Of a stretch of DNA of 64,000 bases, positions 58,717-64,000 are shown piece after piece. Made by a program: the position numbers and the translations under genes. Location: NCBI GenBank assembly GCA_965603825.1, contig CBFDEM010000009.1, positions 310,001 to 374,000 of the forward strand, read 5' to 3'. Under the pieces are notes generated by a model that saw only the letters and a list, made by a program, of their open reading frames with translations, did no database searches and was not told where the DNA came from. Source of the DNA: Blepharisma stoltei ATCC 30299 (lineage: Eukaryota > Protista > Ciliophora). Numbering within the stretch: the stretch's first letter is position 1; each line of letters opens with the position of its first letter.

Positions 58717-59277
58717 TTAAAATGTAGCCAATGCATAGTTCTTTTCTTTACCAATCGGCTTAAAACTCCATGAATCACCTTCTATTTCTTCTTTAAAAGC
58801 GCCATTTTGCTGTTTACTTGCCTTAGAAATTTCAATTTTTTCATTATCTGCTTGCTTTAGCCATGAAACTTTGTCATTTCTATAGGCAATGCTCGAAGAC
58901 GCCCCTTTTTTAGGCCGGTCTTTAGAAGTCTCTCTCCCCAGCTGCTGTAAAATATCTTTATTTACAGTTAAAATCATTTGGCAAGTTTTGGTTCCAATAT
59001 CAAAAGGCTCAAGCTTGATTGCTCTTTTTTCTTCTAAATCTTTAAGAATTTCACAAAGGTCAAAGCCTCTCATCATCATTCTTCCTGATGTGCTTCTGAA
59101 AAGCATTCTTAAATTCCTCATCAAGCTTTGGCTGTCGATTGGGGTTGAAAACTTGTCGGTGACCATGTACTGGAGAAGGAGAGCTTTAAGCTCCTTGGGT
59201 GTTGCTGCTGTGTATTTGAAGTCTTTAGAGTCTTCTTTTTCACGGGATCTGCTCCTTTTTCTTTTTGGGCTTGGCAT
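58717..59277 (-). CDS. Hypothetical nuclear protein (N-terminal KRKRSRSR)
   Basis: 186-aa ORF. Confidence 0.7.
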   Translation of the reverse strand: MPSPKRKRSRSREKEDSKDFKYTAATPKELKALLLQYMVTDKFSTPIDSQSLMRNLRMLFRSTSGRMMMRGFDLCEILKDLEEKRAIKLEPFDIGTKTCQMILTVNKDILQQLGRETSKDRPKKGASSSIAYRNDKVSWLKQADNEKIEISKASKQQNGAFKEEIEGDSWSFKPIGKEKNYALATF

Positions 59278-59537
59278 TTTTATTAAAATTTGTGAATTTA
59301 ATCTTAATGATGTAGAGGGATAACTCAGTATTAAACTCTTTTTGATTTATAATACAATGTTTATTATCAAATTTAAAATTGCATATCTATATAATATGCG
59401 AGTAGAAATTCAAAAGAATTCATGCAAATCGACACTAATTTTAATTACGCTTATTATAAGACATGCCTTCCGCTTTCTTTGAGACAATCGGCTTGCGATT
59501 TTTTCATCTATTTAAATTTAGGTTAGAATTACAGACC

Positions 59538-61433
59538 TTATTCTTCATAGTCATTGATAAAAGCTTTGAATTCAAATGCATCAATAATTGAAGGGCAGCC
59601 TAGAAGGCCTTCCAAATAAAGCTCAAGGCCTTGTTTTCGATTATCAATTTCCTTAGGTGAGCTTAAAGGTGCTATTGATTTTCCAGGTAACGTTGGAAAC
59701 AAGGCTTCCTCTAATTTCACATTTTTTAAACTGTTTCTAGAATTTATGTAGTTTCCTAAAATAGGACTAGCTGATCTTTTTATCAAAAAAGTATTTAATC
59801 GATCAAAATCTTTATATCTCCTTTTCACATTCCACTCCTTAATTTTTTTTGTTTTTTCAAATTTCGCAAACTTAAGTGTGTATACAATAAAATGGTCATC
59901 TCTATCTACTTCATTGTCCCATATAATCGGTGTATATAATAAATATGAATAATCTGTATTCTTAGATTTCCAGAGTGCTTCAATAGATACTTTGCATTCG
60001 ATAAAATCCAATCCTTCTTGACAAATATAAGCAGGATCATTTAGCACATGCCCTAAATAATTTTCCAGGTCTATTCTCCTAATTTCAATAGTCTCAGTGT
60101 CTCTTTTTCTAAGTGTTTGCATATAATTCTTTTTCGGAAAATTCGGCAACCCTGCAGGCGCGACTATTTTTCTCAATCTCCTATGAAAATCTCATATTTC
60201 ACTATACCTTTTCATAACAGTTCCTTCCCCCACAAGTTTTGCTGCTTTTCATTGTATTACATACTCAATATGTTCTTTTTCCACCCACTTTACAATTTTC
60301 AGCTTAATATATTCCTGCAGCTGGTAATTATCACAGTTTTCTTCCCCTTTCGGCAAGTCTTGTGAATTTGCATAATAAGCAGAAAATGACCCATGGTTAC
60401 TTTTCATTGTGTCACTTGCATTGCTATGCCTCCTTTCTTCACCCCTTGCTCTTTTATGAGCTTCCATACAAGCTGTTCTGCTATGTCCTTCTATCTTCAA
60501 ATAATTCAGCAATTCGTCATTCATAAACTCAGGAAAGCATAAATTTGATAAATATTCGTCAAGGGCTTGTTTTCGTTCATCAATATTGGCTGACCCACTC
60601 ATTGTGATAGGGAATTTTGGGAACTCTAAATTTGGAAATTCATACCTTGGGAATTTTTCTCTGAGATTATTATGTAAAGTTTCGAAATCTTGGTAGGTTT
60701 TTCTGACCGTATGGGTGTCAGCTCCTATAGTAACTATGATGTGATAATAGACAACTTGCCGGTTGTTTTCAGTTTTTACTTTGCATTCTTTTATTGCAGT
60801 GTGGATTAGTTGGGGTTCGAAATCTTCTTGAGGCAAAACTGAATTTTTTTTGGAATTTTTTCGTGTGGGTAGATTATTGGAATTTTGCCGAAGCAGAGGT
60901 TCAACGGAATATACAGAAAATTCATTGGGTTTGCAGAAGGAATAGATTGATAATATTGTTGAGGAGCAGCAGCATATTACAAAAGTCGCGATTTTTCACT
61001 CTTTCAGCTGTATGCTATCATTCCAAGGGTCTAACAGGATAATAACAGTAAAGGATATCTGTAGAATCATGTTTAAAATTCAAAAACTCCTGAGGCCATA
61101 CCAAGTTGTCCGTAATCTCCTTCGGTGTTCGAAATTTACTAAAAATAAACAAATAGCTCATGCAGATCCTAAAAGCGTAAATAAAACCATCCTGACAATT
61201 TTTTCATCTGTTTCATGAATATCAGCTGGGATAATATAGAACACATGGACAAAATTAAAAAGTGAGGATGATATTATGCAGATATTCTTGACAACTAAAT
61301 TCTTTGTAAATGTTTGGGTTCGGTCTATTCCATCGTGCCAGTGTATTAAGCAGCGTCGGAGAGAGTAGCATATAAACCAAACAGGAATTATGATCAAAAT
61401 CCCGCATAGAACTATTATGTATATCCTTTCCAT
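59538..61433 (-). CDS. Membrane protein with N-terminal TM bundle and three PX domains
   Basis: Single 631-aa frame with UGA=Trp; VRKTYQDFETLH..FPKFP..ERKQALDEYL; KRYSEI.DFH..LPNFPKK..RRIDLENYL; VKRRYKDF..FPTLPGK..RKQGLELYL. Confidence 0.82.
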
Positions 61434-61927
61434 TTATAGGGAAATGATAGAGGAAGAATTTGTAATTTAATTTATTATTGAGGAGAATAAATTAAATTGC
61501 TATTATTTATTATTTTTAAACAATAAATATCTTTTATGGCTTCATGCTGTAATAATAAGGAAAGCTAACAATAATTATTTTGGTAATTAGGAAAATTTAT
61601 TTTAGGGATTTTTATGATATTTTGGCTTTGCATTATTTTCAAACTCACTCAATTTTCCATATATTTTTAGAATTATGCTACAGATAATGCATATTTAAGA
61701 ACCAAATGAATCAATCATCTTTGATGATTAATCTTTTTTTAATTCCATTATTTGTTTTATAGATATTTCATCTTTAATCAAATTTGCAACTGATTGCCAG
61801 CCTACTCATATTTATCTAAACAGATATTTGCTTCGATTTAATTTACATTAATCTATCTTTTTTCAAAATTTAAACTTAAATCTTCCTTATTCTTAGGAAA
61901 ATTCGTATAAGTTAAATGATTTAGAAA

Positions 61928-62758
61928 ATGCATAAGCGAAGCTATACTAAAGTCCCTGCTCTCAGCAACAAGAGACCTACTCGTACAAATAGCTCGGAAG
62001 GAATTCTTACCTCAAAAACAAACACAAGTCAGAGGCAAAGAAGCTCTTCCAAAGAAATATCTCAGCCTCGGGTAAAAATTAGCAGAAAAGGAAAGATTCC
62101 TTCTCTTCCTATTAAAAAAATCACAAAGAATAGGAACTTAGAAGAGCTTTTCAATTTATTTCGAAAGCCAACTCAACGTTATGATTTTATTGACCAAGAA
62201 ATGGATAACTTGATGGGCGAAGTAGATGAAATTATCAAGTTTTGTATAGACTTATCAAGAAAATATAATACCGACATAAGGGAAACTGAGTATAGCGACT
62301 ATTTGAAAACTCATAAGAGTTCTTCAGAAATACTAGATAATTCCAGTATTTCCTCTGGAAAAATGTATCATTTTGCTAAAAGCAATGAATCGACTAATAG
62401 AAAAAGAAACAGAATGAAAACAAGAACTATGAGCTCAAAACAACTCCCAGCTATTGAAGCTAACAATTATTCGGTTATTGTGCAGAATGGCTACCACGAA
62501 GAACTTAATAAAATCGAGCAAATTTCGATCCCACCTTTAATTTCAAAATCTTATTTATCAAACAGGAATATGTACATTGTATATGAAATGGTGAAATTTA
62601 TTTAGAAAAAAGGAAGGTGCTATGAGTGTGCTGGGACGTGTAAAGAAAAGCATGATGATTCTATGCTGAGCAGGACTTCGAGTAAGAAAAATGTGAAATT
62701 AGAAAGGTCGTTTAAAATGAGAAAAAAGCCTGAAATATCTCATAATGTATACTTATAA
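61928..62758 (+). CDS. Basic hypothetical protein; 15-nt intron 62591-62605
   Basis: Intron GTGAAATTTATTTAG extends the ORF by 50 codons to TAA. Confidence 0.65.
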
Positions 62759-63084
62759 TTTAATAATCAAGCTAAATTTTTACACTATCTGGAAAAATTT
62801 AATTAAAATTTAAATTTACATCGTTTTATATCATAATTAGATAAATTTATAAATTTTATGGCTTTTAATAACCCATGGCTATTTATCCTCATATTTATCC
62901 TTTGCCAGGATTATTAATTATTAATCTATCCATTTTCCACAGTCAATTTCTACTCGTAACCAGTTTTTATTACCCACCTAATTCGTTCTATTCAATTTCT
63001 TCCACAAATTTAAACTATTCTTAAATATTTTAAGCTGAAATTACTTACCAATTATAATAAATTAATCCCAGAAACCAATCCAGA

Positions 63085-63963
63085 ATGGCAGGCAAGACCA
63101 ATACGAAATCCTTTAAAAAGCAGCCTCTTAAGCCTCTGAGCCTCAAAAAGCCATCAAAAGTGTCTAATATTGACGTAGAGAGCAACCATGGGAGAGACAA
63201 CGATTCTCTCCCAATACCTAAAGGTGACTCTCCCTATGCCTTAGCCAAACTTGCTGAGTACAAAGAGAGAGATCTTGATAAAGCGGAGTATTACTACAAC
63301 CTCACTATCAAAGCCGGCGATCGCTGCGAAAGTGCTATCAAAGATCTCGCAAGTCTTTTACATCAGCGAGGCAAGACTAAAGAAGCCTGCAACTTACTGG
63401 ACAAGCATAGGAATCTGTTTAAAAACGATGCAGAAAGGTTTGAAAACCTTTACAATACACTAAAAAAGCAAATTGTTACGACAGGTAACTGCTTAAATAA
63501 ACGCTTAAAGCTATCAGGGCTTAAAAAGGATGATGACAGTGATTTTGTTTACTCACTGTTTTCCAATACAATGCGTATTATAAGTGTCGAGCTGAAATAC
63601 GAAGAAATTGGCACCAAAGAAGTGTATTATGCAATACTTGACTTCAGCAGCCACTCTTCAGCTAGAAAAACCTTAGAAGGTTTCCACCACTGGGAAGAGT
63701 ATAAAATCGAATGGATTGACTATAACGGAGAAGTAGCTGGAGACGCTCATTATGCAAGACATAAGATGGAGGAATACAGAAAACACCATCCCACGTTCGA
63801 GTATAAAGTCTTCGACAGAGACCCGAAAGGCTACGTACTCAGTATGCCTATCGATGGAACAGCAATTCAAAATGGAGAAAAACTAAAAGTTGATGGGCTG
63901 GACGTCAAGAATATTTTAGGAGTTTCTCTGTTCTCCACGATTTTTGAGGAGTCAGAGATATAA
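63085..63963 (+). CDS. TPR protein similar to plant MS5/TDM1/SDI1, plus RRM-like region
   Basis: PKGDSPYALAK...KAGDRCESAIKDLA.LL.Q.G...EA; later YAILDFSSHSSARKTL (RNP1-like). Confidence 0.75.
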   Translation: MAGKTNTKSFKKQPLKPLSLKKPSKVSNIDVESNHGRDNDSLPIPKGDSPYALAKLAEYKERDLDKAEYYYNLTIKAGDRCESAIKDLASLLHQRGKTKEACNLLDKHRNLFKNDAERFENLYNTLKKQIVTTGNCLNKRLKLSGLKKDDDSDFVYSLFSNTMRIISVELKYEEIGTKEVYYAILDFSSHSSARKTLEGFHHWEEYKIEWIDYNGEVAGDAHYARHKMEEYRKHHPTFEYKVFDRDPKGYVLSMPIDGTAIQNGEKLKVDGLDVKNILGVSLFSTIFEESEI

Positions 63964-64000
63964 CTCTAACATCTTTATTATTACTTAGCTTCGCTGAGCC

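Noticed and set aside
1-64000. Many short antisense or alternate-frame ORFs in the supplied track; telomeric repeats, IESs, CRISPR or prokaryotic operons
   Set aside because: The short ORFs are shadows of real genes; no telomere tracts, gene-interrupting IESs or prokaryotic features were seen

Overview
AT-rich, very gene-dense eukaryotic DNA that reads as somatic (macronuclear) sequence of a heterotrich ciliate, most consistent with Blepharisma. In-frame TGA sits at conserved Trp positions while TAA/TAG are the stops. Genes carry only 15-16 nt GT..AG introns, and no long gene is interrupted by IES-like inserts. Re-translating with UGA=Trp merges the fragmented ORF track into about 50 genes, including PCNA, MMAB, GLRX5, a Rab11-like GTPase, WDR44, Oxa1, RPC6, a Derlin, LIS1, a ferlin, a cyclic-nucleotide K+ channel, ATM1/ABCB7, an Eps15-like protein, PKA-C, NDK, a WTAP-like protein, a cullin-like protein and SGPL1. 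Non-coding and accessory features are an intron-containing tRNA-Tyr, two tandem double-guide box C/D snoRNAs, a Rab pseudogene and a ~0.9 kb tandem duplication. There is also a full-length but disrupted piggyBac-family transposase between TTAA sites, inside an anomalously GC-rich, hairpin-rich locus. All calls are by eye from motifs; no database searches were run.
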